Counted from the first letter of the stretch, positions 48,719 through 59,286 are shown. The stretch is 64,000 bases of DNA from an uncultured Actinomycetota bacterium (GCA_963795135.1 CAWCGS010000008.1:257794-321793), one strand, 5' to 3'. The notes: generated by a model from the sequence alone, not told the origin. A program made the numbers and translations.

Positions 48719-49777
48719 GTGCGGGTCGCCTCGACCCACGTCGCGCGGCTGACGGCCGCGGTCGGACTGACCGCGGCCGCCGGGCTCACCGTCCTCGGTG
48801 GGGCCGCCGCCCCGGCGCAGGCAGCCGGGTGCACGACGTCCACCGGCGTCACCCTCGTCGTCGACCGCAACGGTCTCGGCGGTGGCGTGCAGGAGACCTG
48901 CGACGCCAGTGGTGGCGGTCGGACGGCGGCTGACCTCTTCGGCACCCGACTCACCTATGCCCAGCGCGAGCCGGGATTCGTGTGCCGGGTCGACAATGCT
49001 CCGTCGAGCGACCCGTGCGTCAACACCTCGCCGTCCGACGCCTACTGGAGCCTGTGGTGGTCCGACGGCACCTCGGGGTCGTGGACCTACTCGAGCGTCG
49101 GGGCGCGGTCGCTGCGGATCCCCGACGGCGGCTACGTGGGCTTCTCCTGGAACACCGGCGGGGACCGCGACGCCCCGTCGTCCAGCACCCCGGCCCGCCA
49201 GGCCGAGCCCACTCCGGCTCCGCAGCCCTCCGGTGGCGGCTCGTCCGGCTCCGGCGGCTCCGGCGGCTCGGGCGGCTCGGGTGGCTCGGGTGGCGCGTCG
49301 GGATCGGGGGGGTCGAGCAGTGGCTCGGGAGGCTCCTCGACCGGCGGGTCCGGGGGGACCGCGGGCACGGGGGGCGGCAACGGCTCCGGCACCACCGGTG
49401 GCGCCACCGGCTCGACGTCGAGCCCGGGCGACCCGGCCGACCCGTCGGCCGAGGCCGGCGACGGCGCGACCACAGGAGCCGGTGCCTCGGCCTCCGCCTC
49501 GGCGAAGCCGGGCCGCACGAAGCGTGACCGCGCCACCAGCCGCGTACGTCGGGCCGGGGCCGGGGCCGCGCGGAGCGCCTCCGCCGAGCCCTCGTCCACC
49601 GACAGCCCGACGACCGCAGCCGAGGCCGAGTCCTCGGAGCAGGTGACCCCGACGGCCTCGCCGCCGGACGCCGACGGTGGGCTGCCCGGCTGGGTCGCTC
49701 CCGGCGTGCTCGTGCTGCTCTTCGGAGCCGTCGGCGCGACCGTGCTCGTGCGACGGCGGGGCTCGGCCGGCTCGTGA
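48719..49777 (+). CDS. Exported DUF4430/SCO2322-like protein with Gly/Ser linker and C-terminal TM anchor
   Basis: Signal peptide AQA; GVTLVVD, FVCRVD, AYWSLW, WTYSSVGA; GGS-rich tract; TM helix followed by RRR. Confidence 0.78.
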   Translation: MRVASTHVARLTAAVGLTAAAGLTVLGGAAAPAQAAGCTTSTGVTLVVDRNGLGGGVQETCDASGGGRTAADLFGTRLTYAQREPGFVCRVDNAPSSDPCVNTSPSDAYWSLWWSDGTSGSWTYSSVGARSLRIPDGGYVGFSWNTGGDRDAPSSSTPARQAEPTPAPQPSGGGSSGSGGSGGSGGSGGSGGASGSGGSSSGSGGSSTGGSGGTAGTGGGNGSGTTGGATGSTSSPGDPADPSAEAGDGATTGAGASASASAKPGRTKRDRATSRVRRAGAGAARSASAEPSSTDSPTTAAEAESSEQVTPTASPPDADGGLPGWVAPGVLVLLFGAVGATVLVRRRGSAGS

Positions 49778-50850
49778 ACCCGCGGCTGTCGCGTGACCTG
49801 CACCCCGTGGCCTGGTGGCTGTGGGCGATCGGGCTCGCGGCGGCCGCGTCGTTCACGACCAACCCCTGGCTGCTCCTGCTGCTGGTCGGGGTGGCGGCCC
49901 TCGTCGTGATGGCCTGCCGCTCCGACCAGCCGTGGGGCCGCTCGTTCCGGCTCTACGTCTGGCTGGGCGTGGCGATCGTCGTGCTGCGCGTGGTCTTCCG
50001 GATCCTCTTCGGGGGCAGCTATCCCGGCACCGTCGTCCTCGACCTGCCGCAGGTGCCGCTGCCCGACTGGGTCCTCGGCATCACCCTGCTCGGCCCGGTC
50101 ACCCGCGAGGCGCTCCTCTTCGGTCTCTACGACGGTCTGCGGCTGGCCACCATCGTGATCTGCATCGGGGCCGCCAACTCCCTCGCCAACCCCAAGCGCC
50201 TGCTCCGCTCGGTGCCGCCGGCGCTCTACGAGATCGGCACGGCGCTGGTCGTGGCGGTGACCGTGCTGCCGCAGTTCGCCGACAGCGTGCGCCGGGTCCG
50301 CGCCGCGCAACGGCTCCGCGCCGGCGCCGAGGGGCGGGTGCGGGGGCTGAGGCGGCTGGTCGTCCCCGTGCTCGAGGACGCCCTCGAGCGGTCGCTGGCG
50401 CTCGCCGCGGGCATGGACACCCGGGGCTACGGCCGCGCCGGTGGGCTCACCGCGACCCAGCGGCGTACGACGGGGGCGTTGATGCTGACCGGTCTCTGCG
50501 GGGTCTGCGTCGGCGTCTACGCGGTGCTCGACCGCACCGCACCCCGGCTGCTGGCGCTGCCGATGCTGGGCCTGGGTCTCGCGCTCGCCGTGGCCGGGCT
50601 GCTCAGCGCCGGACGACGCGTGCAGCGCACCCGCTACCGGCCCGACCCCTGGCGCTGGCCCGAGACGGCCGTCGCCGTGTCGGGGCTGAGCGTCGCCGTC
50701 GTCGGCTGGTGGGTCAGCGGCCACCAGATCTTCATCGCCTACCCCGACCCGTCGGTCGCACCCCAGCTCAGCCTGGTCGCGCTCGTCGGCGCGCTGGTGG
50801 GCGTCGCGGCGCTGGTCGCCGCCCCGCCCCCGAGGCAGGTGCACGCATGA
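49774..50850 (+). CDS. ECF transporter T component (CbiQ-like)
   Basis: LHPVAW, LEDALERSLALAAGMDTRGYG. Confidence 0.9.
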   Translation: MNPRLSRDLHPVAWWLWAIGLAAAASFTTNPWLLLLLVGVAALVVMACRSDQPWGRSFRLYVWLGVAIVVLRVVFRILFGGSYPGTVVLDLPQVPLPDWVLGITLLGPVTREALLFGLYDGLRLATIVICIGAANSLANPKRLLRSVPPALYEIGTALVVAVTVLPQFADSVRRVRAAQRLRAGAEGRVRGLRRLVVPVLEDALERSLALAAGMDTRGYGRAGGLTATQRRTTGALMLTGLCGVCVGVYAVLDRTAPRLLALPMLGLGLALAVAGLLSAGRRVQRTRYRPDPWRWPETAVAVSGLSVAVVGWWVSGHQIFIAYPDPSVAPQLSLVALVGALVGVAALVAAPPPRQVHA

Positions 50851-52418
50851 TCGAGCTGCGCGACATCGCCTTCGCCTACGACGAGACCCCGGTGCTCGCC
50901 GGCGTCGACCTGAGCGTCGACGACGGTGAGCTGGTGCTGGTCACCGGCCCGACCGGGTCGGGCAAGTCGACGCTGCTGGGGGTGGTGACCGGCCTGGTGC
51001 CGCGCTTCAGCGGAGGACGACTCTCCGGCGACCTGCTCCTCGACGGCACCAGCATCATCTCGACGCCACCGCGCGACCGCGCGCACCAGATCGGGTACGT
51101 CGGCCAGGACCCGGCCGCGGGCTTCGTCACCGACACCGTCGAGGAGGAGCTCGCCTACGGCATGGAGCAGCTCGGCCTCCCGCCGGAGACGATGCGCCGC
51201 CGGGTGGAGGAGACCCTGGACCTGCTCGGCGTGGCCGAGCTGCGCCACCGCGACCTGCGCACCCTCTCGGGCGGGCAGCAGCAGCGGGTGGCCATCGGCT
51301 CGGTGCTGACCATGCACCCGCGGCTGCTGGTGCTCGACGAGCCGACCTCGGCGCTGGACCCCACCGCGGCCGAGGAGGTGCTGGCCACGCTGACCCGCCT
51401 GGTGCACGACCTGGGGGTCTCGGTGCTGCTGGCCGAGCACCGGCTGGAGCGGGTCGTGCCGTTCGCCGACCGGATGTGCCTGCTGCCCGGCGACGGCAGC
51501 GTGCTGGTCGGCGAGCCCGCCACCCTGCTGGCCACCTCGCCGGTGGTGCCGCCCATCGTGGAGCTCGGCCGCGCCGCGGGGTGGACGCCGCTGCCGCTCT
51601 CGGTGCGGACCGCCCGACGCCGCGCCCGCGAGCTCAGCCTCACCCCGCCGACGTACGTCGAACCGGCGCCGGCGGCGGTCGGGCTCGCCGTCAAGCGGCT
51701 CACCGTCGCCCACGGTCGCACCGTCGCGGTCAAGGAGCTGGACCTCGGGCTCGGCCAGGGTCGGGTCACGGCGCTGATGGGGCGCAACGGCGCCGGCAAG
51801 TCCTCGCTGCTGTGGGCCCTCCAGGGGTCGGGCGCGCGGCGGGCGGGCTCGGTGTCGGTCGCGGGCCGCGACCCCGCCGACCTCGACCCGGCCGAGCGGC
51901 GCACGGTCGTGGGCCTGCTGCCCCAGAACGCCGCCGACCTGCTCTACCTCGAGACCGTCGACGAGGAGTGCGCCGCGGGGGGCGCCGGCACCCGCGCGAT
52001 CCTCGAGCGGCTCGTGCCCGGCGTGGCGGGCGACGTGCACCCGCGCGACCTGTCCGAGGGGCAGCGACTGGCGCTGGCGCTGGCCCTGGTGCTGGTGGCC
52101 CGCCCGCAGGTGCTGCTGCTCGACGAGCCGACGCGGGGGCTCGACTACGCCGCCAAGGCCGAGCTGGCCCGGATCCTGCGCGACCTGGCCGAGGCCGGTC
52201 ATGCGGTCTTCGTGGCCACCCACGACGTGGAGTTCGTGGCCCAGGCCGCCGACGAGGTCGTGGTGATGGCCGAGGGCGAGGTCGTCTCCTCCGGCTCCGC
52301 CCGGCAGGTCCTGCCGCAGTCGCCGGCGTTCGCGCCGCAGGTGACCAAGGTGCTCGGCGCCGCGTGGCTGCGGGTCGACGAGGTCGTCGCCGCCCTGGGC
52401 GACCGGGAGTCGGCGTGA
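50847..52418 (+). CDS. ECF transporter ATPase with two ABC domains
   Basis: GPTGSGKST, LSGGQQQR, LDEPT; then GRNGAGKS, LSEGQR, LDEPTRGLD. Confidence 0.93.
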   Translation: MIELRDIAFAYDETPVLAGVDLSVDDGELVLVTGPTGSGKSTLLGVVTGLVPRFSGGRLSGDLLLDGTSIISTPPRDRAHQIGYVGQDPAAGFVTDTVEEELAYGMEQLGLPPETMRRRVEETLDLLGVAELRHRDLRTLSGGQQQRVAIGSVLTMHPRLLVLDEPTSALDPTAAEEVLATLTRLVHDLGVSVLLAEHRLERVVPFADRMCLLPGDGSVLVGEPATLLATSPVVPPIVELGRAAGWTPLPLSVRTARRRARELSLTPPTYVEPAPAAVGLAVKRLTVAHGRTVAVKELDLGLGQGRVTALMGRNGAGKSSLLWALQGSGARRAGSVSVAGRDPADLDPAERRTVVGLLPQNAADLLYLETVDEECAAGGAGTRAILERLVPGVAGDVHPRDLSEGQRLALALALVLVARPQVLLLDEPTRGLDYAAKAELARILRDLAEAGHAVFVATHDVEFVAQAADEVVVMAEGEVVSSGSARQVLPQSPAFAPQVTKVLGAAWLRVDEVVAALGDRESA

Positions 52419-53254
52419 GCCACACCCACGACGCCCGGCACGCCCGGGTCAGGGCCTCGGCACCGGTCTCGGCCATCCGGCTCTCGGGACGCTCGGCGCT
52501 GGTGCTGGGTGTGGCCTCCCTCGGCGGGCTGATGATGCTCTGCTGGCCGCTGCTGCTCCGGGTGCCGGACGACGCCCGCGTCGACCCGCCGTTCCTCTTC
52601 CTGGCGCTGCTGCCCGTCGTGATCGCCGTCGTGCTGGCGGAGATCAGCGAGGGCGGCCTCGACCCCCGGACGCTGGCGATCCTGGGCGTGCTCTCGGCCT
52701 CCGTGGCCGTCCTGCGCGGGATGTCGGCGGGCACGGCGGGGGTGGAGCTGGTCTTCTTCCTGCTGATCCTGGGCGGGCGCGTCTTCGGGCCGGGCTTCGG
52801 CTTCGTGCTCGGCTGCACCTCGCTGTTCGCCTCCGCGCTGATGACCGCCGGTGTCGGCCCGTGGCTGCCCTTCCAGATGCTGGTCTCGGCCTGGGTGGGG
52901 ATGGGCGCCGGGCTGCTGCCGCGCCGGGTCTCGGGCCGCGGCGAGATCCTGATGCTGGTCGTCTACGGCATCCTGGCCGCCTACGCGTTCGGGCTGCTGA
53001 TGAACCTCTCCGGCTGGCCCTTCCTGCTCGGGGTCCAGGTGCCCGGCCACGAGGGGTCGCTGGCCTACGTGCCCGGCGCCCCGTTGCTGGACAACCTGCA
53101 GACCTTCCTCGCCTACACGCTGATCACCTCGACCGGCAGCTTCGACACCGGCCGGGCGATCACGAACTCCATCGCGATCGTGCTCCTCGGCCCGGCCGTG
53201 CTGACCACCCTGCGCCGCGCCGCCCGGCGCGCCGTCGTGGAGCCGGCTGCGTAG
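52415..53254 (+). CDS. ECF transporter S component, likely cobalamin (CbrT-like)
   Basis: GRVFGPGFGFVLG, GVGPWLPFQM, DTGRAITN. Confidence 0.87.
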   Translation: MSHTHDARHARVRASAPVSAIRLSGRSALVLGVASLGGLMMLCWPLLLRVPDDARVDPPFLFLALLPVVIAVVLAEISEGGLDPRTLAILGVLSASVAVLRGMSAGTAGVELVFFLLILGGRVFGPGFGFVLGCTSLFASALMTAGVGPWLPFQMLVSAWVGMGAGLLPRRVSGRGEILMLVVYGILAAYAFGLLMNLSGWPFLLGVQVPGHEGSLAYVPGAPLLDNLQTFLAYTLITSTGSFDTGRAITNSIAIVLLGPAVLTTLRRAARRAVVEPAA

Positions 53255-53264
53255 TCACCGCCCC

Positions 53265-53591
53265 GGAGGTTGAGGTGCGAGCGCCAGCGAGCCTCGAAAC
53301 CATGACCGCCGGTGGTTGAGGTGCGAGCGCCAGCGAGCCTCGAAACCATGACCGCCGGTGGTTGAGGTGCGAGCGCCAGCGAGCCTCGAAACCATGACCG
53401 CCGGTGGTCGAGGTCGCGAGCGCCAGCGTGGTCGGCCTCGCACCTCAACCAGCGTGCGGGCCTGGCGGCCCTCGCACCTCAACCAGCGTGCGGGCCTGGC
53501 GGCCCTCGCACCTCGACCAGCGTGCGGGCCTGGCGGCCCTCGCACCTCGACCAGCGTGCGGGCCTGGCGGCCCTCGCACCTCGACCAGCGT
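53265..53591. repeat. Convergent REP tandem arrays: 46-bp unit (3 and a partial) and inverted 34-bp unit (4 and a partial)
   Basis: GGTTGAGGTGCGAGCGCCAGCGAGCCTCGAAACCATGACCGCCGGT at 53268, 53314, 53360, (53406); CCTCGCACCTC(A/G)ACCAGCGTGCGGGCCTGGCGGC at 53436, 53470, 53504, 53538, (53572). Confidence 0.95.
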
Positions 53592-54505
53592 CAGTCCAGG
53601 TCGGCGAGGAAGTCCAGGAGCAGCCGGTGGACGCGCTCGGGCTGCTCCATCGCGACGAAGTGGGAGCCGCGGAGCTCGACGTACTCGGCGCCGGGGATCC
53701 GGTCGGCGGCGGACTTCATGTCGCGGGCCCCGGCGAGCAGGTCGAAGGTGGCGGAGACGAAGACCGCCGGCACCGTGATCCGGCTCAGGCTCACCCGGGC
53801 GTGGCGCGAGGTGCTCAGCGCCAGGTGGAAGTACCAGTCGACCGGGGTCGAGAGGAACTCCTTCATGCCGAGCGCGGCCAGGTCGGGGTCGGGCATCCGG
53901 AAGAAGAAGCCGGTACGCCGCACCAGGTCGACCGCGCGCGGCCCGATCGGCAGCCGGGCGACGACCGGGGTCAGGGCGCGGCCGCCGATGCTGAGCGTCC
54001 GGGCGAGGTTGACGGTCAGCAGACGGGCCACGGCGTGCGGCACGTGCAGCGGGGCGAGCATCGTGCGGAACGTGTCACCCGGCACGCCGCACACGGCGAA
54101 GAGTCCGGCGACCCGCTCGGGGTGCTGCACGGCCAGCTCGAACATCGTGTTGACGCCCATCGACCAGCCCATCAGCACCGCGCGGTCGATGCCGAAGTGG
54201 TCCATCACGGACAGCCCGTCCTGGACGAAGTGCTCGATCTCGACATGGCTGGGGTCGACCGGCCGCTCGGAGCCGCCGACGCCGCGGTGGAACCACGACA
54301 CCACCCGGACCCCGCAGTCGGGCCGGAGCAGCGCCGGCCACATGAACGGGTTCGTGCCGAGCCCGTTGCACAGGACCACGGTGGGCCCGTCGATCAGCAG
54401 GTCGGGGTCGTTGGTCCACGCCCGCAGGTGCGTCCCGTCGTCGGACCGGATCTCGTGGTAGCTGATCGACGACGCGGTCGCGGTCCGGGCTGCGGAGGTC
54501 GGCAT
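53591..54505 (-). CDS. Alpha/beta hydrolase
   Basis: LCNGLG, HRGVGGS, GWSMG nucleophile elbow, GSHF. Confidence 0.9.
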   Translation of the reverse strand: MPTSAARTATASSISYHEIRSDDGTHLRAWTNDPDLLIDGPTVVLCNGLGTNPFMWPALLRPDCGVRVVSWFHRGVGGSERPVDPSHVEIEHFVQDGLSVMDHFGIDRAVLMGWSMGVNTMFELAVQHPERVAGLFAVCGVPGDTFRTMLAPLHVPHAVARLLTVNLARTLSIGGRALTPVVARLPIGPRAVDLVRRTGFFFRMPDPDLAALGMKEFLSTPVDWYFHLALSTSRHARVSLSRITVPAVFVSATFDLLAGARDMKSAADRIPGAEYVELRGSHFVAMEQPERVHRLLLDFLADLD

Positions 54506-54540
54506 CCTCCGATTGTGCCCGACCCCGGGCGGATCCCGGG

Positions 54541-54774
54541 TCAGCCGAGGGCGCGGCGGACGGCGGGGCCGCCGGGTGCGGCGGGCCGGTAGCGCTCGCG
54601 GAGGAAGTCCTCGACGTCCTCGCGCTCGGCCCGGCGCTGCGCGCAGGCGGTCGCGGCGATCATCGCGTTGCGTCGGGCGACCTGCTGGGACTCCACCGAC
54701 CACTGGCGGGCGGCCGCGGTCAGCCCGGCGAGCCCCGGAAGGGCAGGACGGCGGGGAGGGGAGGAGGTTGTCAT
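54541..54774 (-). CDS. Small hypothetical protein
   Basis: GGAG RBS; WSVESQQVARRNAMIA...EREDVEDFL. Confidence 0.6.
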   Translation of the reverse strand: MTTSSPPRRPALPGLAGLTAAARQWSVESQQVARRNAMIAATACAQRRAEREDVEDFLRERYRPAAPGGPAVRRALG

Positions 54775-54931
54775 GCGGTGCTCCAGGTGTCACGGAGAAG
54801 AAAGGTGCTTGCGGTCGAACCTAGACCTTCCGAGGGGTCAGGGTCATCTCTGCCGTGTGACTTCTGTGTGAACCTTCAGCAGACGTTCAGGAGCAGACGT
54901 CCGGGCGCCACCGCTCGGCCTGACCGAGGGC

Positions 54932-55831
54932 TCAGTCCGGCACCGGCTCGGCGATGGTCCCGCCGGAGCGGGTCGCGCCGATGCTGGCGACCACGACGCA
55001 GGCCATCGCCAGCAGCTGCAGCGGGGTCAGCAGCTCGCCGAGCACGACCAGCCCGGCCAGCGCCGCGGCGGCCGGCTCGATGCTCATCAGCACGCTGAAG
55101 ACCGAGGGACGCAGGGAGCGCAGCGCCACCAGCTCGCAGGTGTAGGGGATGACCGAGCTGAGCAGGCCGACGAGGGCGCCGAGCAGCAGGATCCGCGGCT
55201 CGACGAGCGACGACGTACCGCCGAGGCCCACCATCAGCGGCAGCAGCAGCGCCGCGGCGACGACGCTGGCCATGGTGAGCCCGTCGATGCCGGGCCAGCG
55301 GCGTCCGGTCTGCGCGCTGAGCAGGATGTACGCCGCCCAGCTGGCGCCGGCGACCAGCGCGTAGAGGACGCCGCTCAGGGTCAGGTCGGTGCGCTCGAGC
55401 CCCAGCAGCAGCACGCCCGCGGCGGCCAGCCCCACCCACACCAGGTCGCGGGCCCGGCGCGAGCCGAGCACCGCCAGCGTGAGCGGCCCGACGAACTCGA
55501 TCGTCACCGCGATGCCGAGCGGGATCCGGGCGAAGGCCTGGTAGATCGACCAGTTCATCAGCCCGAGCGTGGCCCCGAAGGCCAGCACCACCAGCCAGTC
55601 CTGGCGCGACCGGCCGCGGACCGCAGGACGGGCGACCACGGCCAGCAGGAGCGCGCTGGCCGCCAGGCGCACCCACACGATCGTGGTGGGCCGCGCCTCG
55701 TCGAAGAGGTCCTTGGCCACGCCGGCGCCGAACTGGACCGAGAGGATGCCGATCAGCACCAGCCACACCGGCGGGATGCGTCGCCCGGACAGAAGCGGTG
55801 ACCGGGGCGCCGATGAGTTGGCCGTGGTCAC
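54932..55831 (-). CDS. EamA/RhtA-like exporter
   Basis: SVQFGA, RIPLGIAVTIEFVGPL, SSVIPY, MSIEPA. Confidence 0.92.
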   Translation of the reverse strand: MTTANSSAPRSPLLSGRRIPPVWLVLIGILSVQFGAGVAKDLFDEARPTTIVWVRLAASALLLAVVARPAVRGRSRQDWLVVLAFGATLGLMNWSIYQAFARIPLGIAVTIEFVGPLTLAVLGSRRARDLVWVGLAAAGVLLLGLERTDLTLSGVLYALVAGASWAAYILLSAQTGRRWPGIDGLTMASVVAAALLLPLMVGLGGTSSLVEPRILLLGALVGLLSSVIPYTCELVALRSLRPSVFSVLMSIEPAAAALAGLVVLGELLTPLQLLAMACVVVASIGATRSGGTIAEPVPD

Positions 55832-55879
55832 CGGGTCAATGTAGGAGGAGAGTGGACAGGGCTGACGAGAGGGGATCGC

Positions 55880-56974
55880 ATGAGCACCGTGCTGCTGGTC
55901 GGGACACGCAAGGGACTGTGGATCGGCACGTCCGACGACGACCGCACCGAGTGGGACTTCACCGGCCCGCACCACGACATGGAGGAGGTCTACTCCTGCC
56001 TGGTCGACCCGCGGGTGACCGGCCCCGACGGCACGCCCCGGATCTTCTCCGGAGCCTCCTCGATGTGGCTGGGCCCGCAGGTGCGCTGGTCCGACGACCT
56101 CGGCGCGACCTGGCACGAGACCCCCGGGGGCGGCGTCCGCTTCCCCGACGGTGAGGACGCCTCGGTCGAGCGGGTGTGGCAGCTGGTCGCGGGCAGCGAG
56201 CCCGGCGTGATCTGGGCCGGCACCGAGCCCGGCGCGGTGTGGCGCTCGCGTGACGGGGGCGAGTCCTTCGCGCTCGAGGAGGGGCTGTGGAACCACCCGC
56301 AGCGGGCCGAGTGGGGCGCCGGCTTCGGCGGCCAGGCCTTCCACACGATCCTGCCCCACCCCACCGACCCGGCCTCGGTCACCGCGGCGATCTCGACCGG
56401 CGGGGTCTACCAGACCGCCGACGACGGGGCCTCCTGGACGGCGCGCAACCAGGGCATCCGGGCCGAGTTCATGCCCGAGGGTCAGCAGTACCCCGACTTC
56501 GGGCAGTGCGTGCACAAGGTCACCCGCCACCCCAGCCGGCCCGATCGCCTCTACCTGCAGAACCACGGCGGCGTCTACCGCTCCGACGACCACGCGGGGT
56601 CCTGGCAGTCGATCGCCGAAGGGCTCCCGGCCGACTTCGGCTTCCCCGTGGTGGTGCACCCCCACGAGCCCGACACCGTCTACGTCTTCCCGCTGGGCGG
56701 CGGCGACGGCCGCCGGCCCCCCGGGGGCCGGGCCCGGGTGTGGCGCTCGACCGACGCCGGCGAGAGCTGGACGGCGCTGGAGAAGGGGCTGCCGGACTAC
56801 TTCCACGTGGCGGTCATGCGCGACGCGATGTGCACCGACCAGCACGACCCGGCCGGGCTCTACCTCGGGGCCCGCAACGGCGCGGTCTGGGGCACCGCCG
56901 ACGCCGGGGAGTCCTGGCGCCCGCTGGTGGCCAACATCCCCGACGTGATGGTCGTCAGGGCGGCGACCTTCTGA
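55880..56974 (+). CDS. BNR/Asp-box repeat beta-propeller protein (sialidase-like)
   Basis: GTRKGL; repeated SxDxGxxW Asp-boxes; LQNHGGVYRSDD. Confidence 0.88.
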   Translation: MSTVLLVGTRKGLWIGTSDDDRTEWDFTGPHHDMEEVYSCLVDPRVTGPDGTPRIFSGASSMWLGPQVRWSDDLGATWHETPGGGVRFPDGEDASVERVWQLVAGSEPGVIWAGTEPGAVWRSRDGGESFALEEGLWNHPQRAEWGAGFGGQAFHTILPHPTDPASVTAAISTGGVYQTADDGASWTARNQGIRAEFMPEGQQYPDFGQCVHKVTRHPSRPDRLYLQNHGGVYRSDDHAGSWQSIAEGLPADFGFPVVVHPHEPDTVYVFPLGGGDGRRPPGGRARVWRSTDAGESWTALEKGLPDYFHVAVMRDAMCTDQHDPAGLYLGARNGAVWGTADAGESWRPLVANIPDVMVVRAATF

Positions 56975-56986
56975 CAGCATGCGGGC

Positions 56987-57442
56987 ATGACCGGCTTCGA
57001 GGTGTCCCGCTCCACCCACGTCGCGGCCGACCCCGCACTGGTGCACCGTCTCGTCGACGACTTCCACGAGTGGCCGGCGTGGTCGCCGTGGGAGGGCCTC
57101 GACGCCGACATGCAGCGCAGCTACACCGGTGCCGAGTCCGGAGTCGGCGCCCACTACGCCTGGAAGGGCAACCGCAAGGCGGGTGAGGGGTCGATGGAGA
57201 TCACCTCCTCCACCCCCGAGCGCGTCGTGCTCACCCTGGTCTTCCTCAAGCCCTGGAAGGCGACCAACGAGGTGGCCTTCGAGCTCACCCCCCGCAACGG
57301 CGGCACCGACGTGACCTGGCGGATGTCCGGTGAGCAGAAGGGCCTGATGGCCGTCCTGGGCAAGGTCGTCTCGATGGACCGGCTGGTCGGCAAGGACTTC
57401 GAGCGTGGTCTGGCGCAGCTCAAGTCGGCCGCCGAGGCCTGA
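56987..57442 (+). CDS. SRPBCC family protein
   Basis: WPAWSPW, GVGAHYAWKGN, GKDFERGL. Confidence 0.88.
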   Translation: MTGFEVSRSTHVAADPALVHRLVDDFHEWPAWSPWEGLDADMQRSYTGAESGVGAHYAWKGNRKAGEGSMEITSSTPERVVLTLVFLKPWKATNEVAFELTPRNGGTDVTWRMSGEQKGLMAVLGKVVSMDRLVGKDFERGLAQLKSAAEA

Positions 57443-57523
57443 GCCCAGCGGCGGCCGGGCGGCCGACGGGCTGCGGATGAGATCGACGTACGCCGTCGCG
57501 TCGGGGCCAACTAGCCTGGGCCC

Positions 57524-59209
57524 ATGACCGATCCCGGCTCCGCGCCCGACATCAAGCCCCGCTCGCGCGACGTCACCGACGGACTCGAGCGGGCCGCCGC
57601 ACGCGGCATGCTGCGCGCCGTCGGGATGGGCGACGACGACTTCGCCAAGCCGCAGATCGGTGTGGCCTCGAGCTGGAACGAGATCACCCCCTGCAACCTC
57701 TCGCTCGACCGGCTGGCCAAGGCGGTCAAGAACGGCGTCCACGCCGCCGGCGGCTATCCGCTGGAGTTCGGCACGATCTCGGTCTCCGACGGCATCTCGA
57801 TGGGCCACGAGGGCATGCACTTCTCGCTGGTCTCCCGCGAGGTCATCGCCGACTCCGTCGAGACCGTGATGATGGCCGAGCGCCTCGACGGCTCGGTGCT
57901 GCTGGCCGGCTGCGACAAGTCGCTGCCCGGCATGATGATGGCCGCCGCGCGGCTCGACCTCGCCGCGGTCTTCCTCTACGCCGGCTCGACCATGCCCGGC
58001 TCGGTCGACGGTGAGGACGTCACGATCATCGACGCCTTCGAGGCCGTCGGCGCCTGCCTGGCCGGCAAGATGAGCCGCGAGCAGGTCGACAAGATCGAGC
58101 GGGCGATCTGCCCCGGTGAGGGCGCCTGCGGCGGCATGTACACCGCCAACACGATGGCCTCGGTCGCCGAGGCGATCGGCATGTCGCTGCCCGGCTCGGC
58201 CGCCCCGCCCGCCGTCGACCGGCGGCGCGACGGCTTCGCGCACCGCTCCGGCGAGGCGGTCGTCAACCTGCTGCGCCAGGGCATCACCGCGCGCCAGATC
58301 ATGACCAAGGAGGCGTTCGAGAACGCCATCACGGTGGTGATGGCGCTGGGCGGCTCGACCAACGCCGTCCTGCACCTGCTGGCCATGGCCCGCGAGGCCG
58401 AGGTCGACCTCACCATCGACGACTTCAACCGGATCGGCGACAAGGTCCCGCACCTCGGCGACCTCAAGCCCTTCGGCAGGTACGTGATGAACGACGTCGA
58501 CAAGATCGGCGGCATCCCCGTGGTGATGAAGGCGCTGCTCGACGCCGGGCTGATGCACGGCGACTGCCTCACCGTCACCGGCAGGACGATGGCCGAGAAC
58601 CTCGCCGACCTCGCCCCGCGCGACCTCGACGACGACGTGATCCGCAGCCTCGACCGGCCCATCCACGCCACCGGCGGGATCACGATCCTCAAGGGCTCGC
58701 TGGCCCCCGAGGGAGCGGTCGTGAAGTCGGCCGGCTTCGACGAGTCGGTCTTCACCGGCACCGCCCGGGTCTTCGACGGCGAGCGCGCCGCGATGGACGC
58801 GCTCAGTGCCGGGCAGATCACCGCCGGCGACGTCGTCGTGATCCGCTACGAGGGGCCCAAGGGCGGCCCCGGCATGCGCGAGATGCTCGCGATCACCGGC
58901 GCCATCAAGGGCGCCGGGCTCGGCAAGGACGTCCTGCTGCTCACCGACGGCCGCTTCTCCGGCGGTACGACGGGTCTCTGCGTCGGGCACGTCGCCCCCG
59001 AGGCGGTCGACGGCGGACCCATCGCCTTCGTCCGCGACGGCGACCCGATCACCCTCGACGTGCTCAACCGCACGCTCGAGGTGGAGATGCCCGACCTCGA
59101 GGAGCGCAAGGTCGGCTGGGAGCCTCGGGCGCCGAAGTACACCCGCGGCGTCCTCGGCAAGTACGCCAAGGTCGTGCAGTCCGCCGCGCACGGTGCGGTG
59201 ACCAGCTGA
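57524..59209 (+). CDS. ilvD: Dihydroxy-acid dehydratase
   Basis: [35 protein letters not shown]. Confidence 0.97.
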   Translation: MTDPGSAPDIKPRSRDVTDGLERAAARGMLRAVGMGDDDFAKPQIGVASSWNEITPCNLSLDRLAKAVKNGVHAAGGYPLEFGTISVSDGISMGHEGMHFSLVSREVIADSVETVMMAERLDGSVLLAGCDKSLPGMMMAAARLDLAAVFLYAGSTMPGSVDGEDVTIIDAFEAVGACLAGKMSREQVDKIERAICPGEGACGGMYTANTMASVAEAIGMSLPGSAAPPAVDRRRDGFAHRSGEAVVNLLRQGITARQIMTKEAFENAITVVMALGGSTNAVLHLLAMAREAEVDLTIDDFNRIGDKVPHLGDLKPFGRYVMNDVDKIGGIPVVMKALLDAGLMHGDCLTVTGRTMAENLADLAPRDLDDDVIRSLDRPIHATGGITILKGSLAPEGAVVKSAGFDESVFTGTARVFDGERAAMDALSAGQITAGDVVVIRYEGPKGGPGMREMLAITGAIKGAGLGKDVLLLTDGRFSGGTTGLCVGHVAPEAVDGGPIAFVRDGDPITLDVLNRTLEVEMPDLEERKVGWEPRAPKYTRGVLGKYAKVVQSAAHGAVTS

Positions 59210-59286
59210 TCAACGACGCACGCGACGACCGACGCGACGACCCGCGCGACGACCAGGACCGCTCGCTCCTCACTGCTGCCGTCCTG

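Noticed and set aside
49230-49410. GGCGGCTC-type tandem repeats
   Set aside because: Explained by the Gly/Ser linker coding sequence
54932-59191. 1419-aa minus-strand ORF
   Set aside because: Only the last ~300 aa (EamA) are real; the rest is antisense shadow of ilvD, SRPBCC and BNR genes, as is common at high GC
59221-59256. Three 12-bp CGCGACGACC-containing repeats after ilvD
   Set aside because: Low-complexity and short; possibly part of the next gene's uncertain N-terminus
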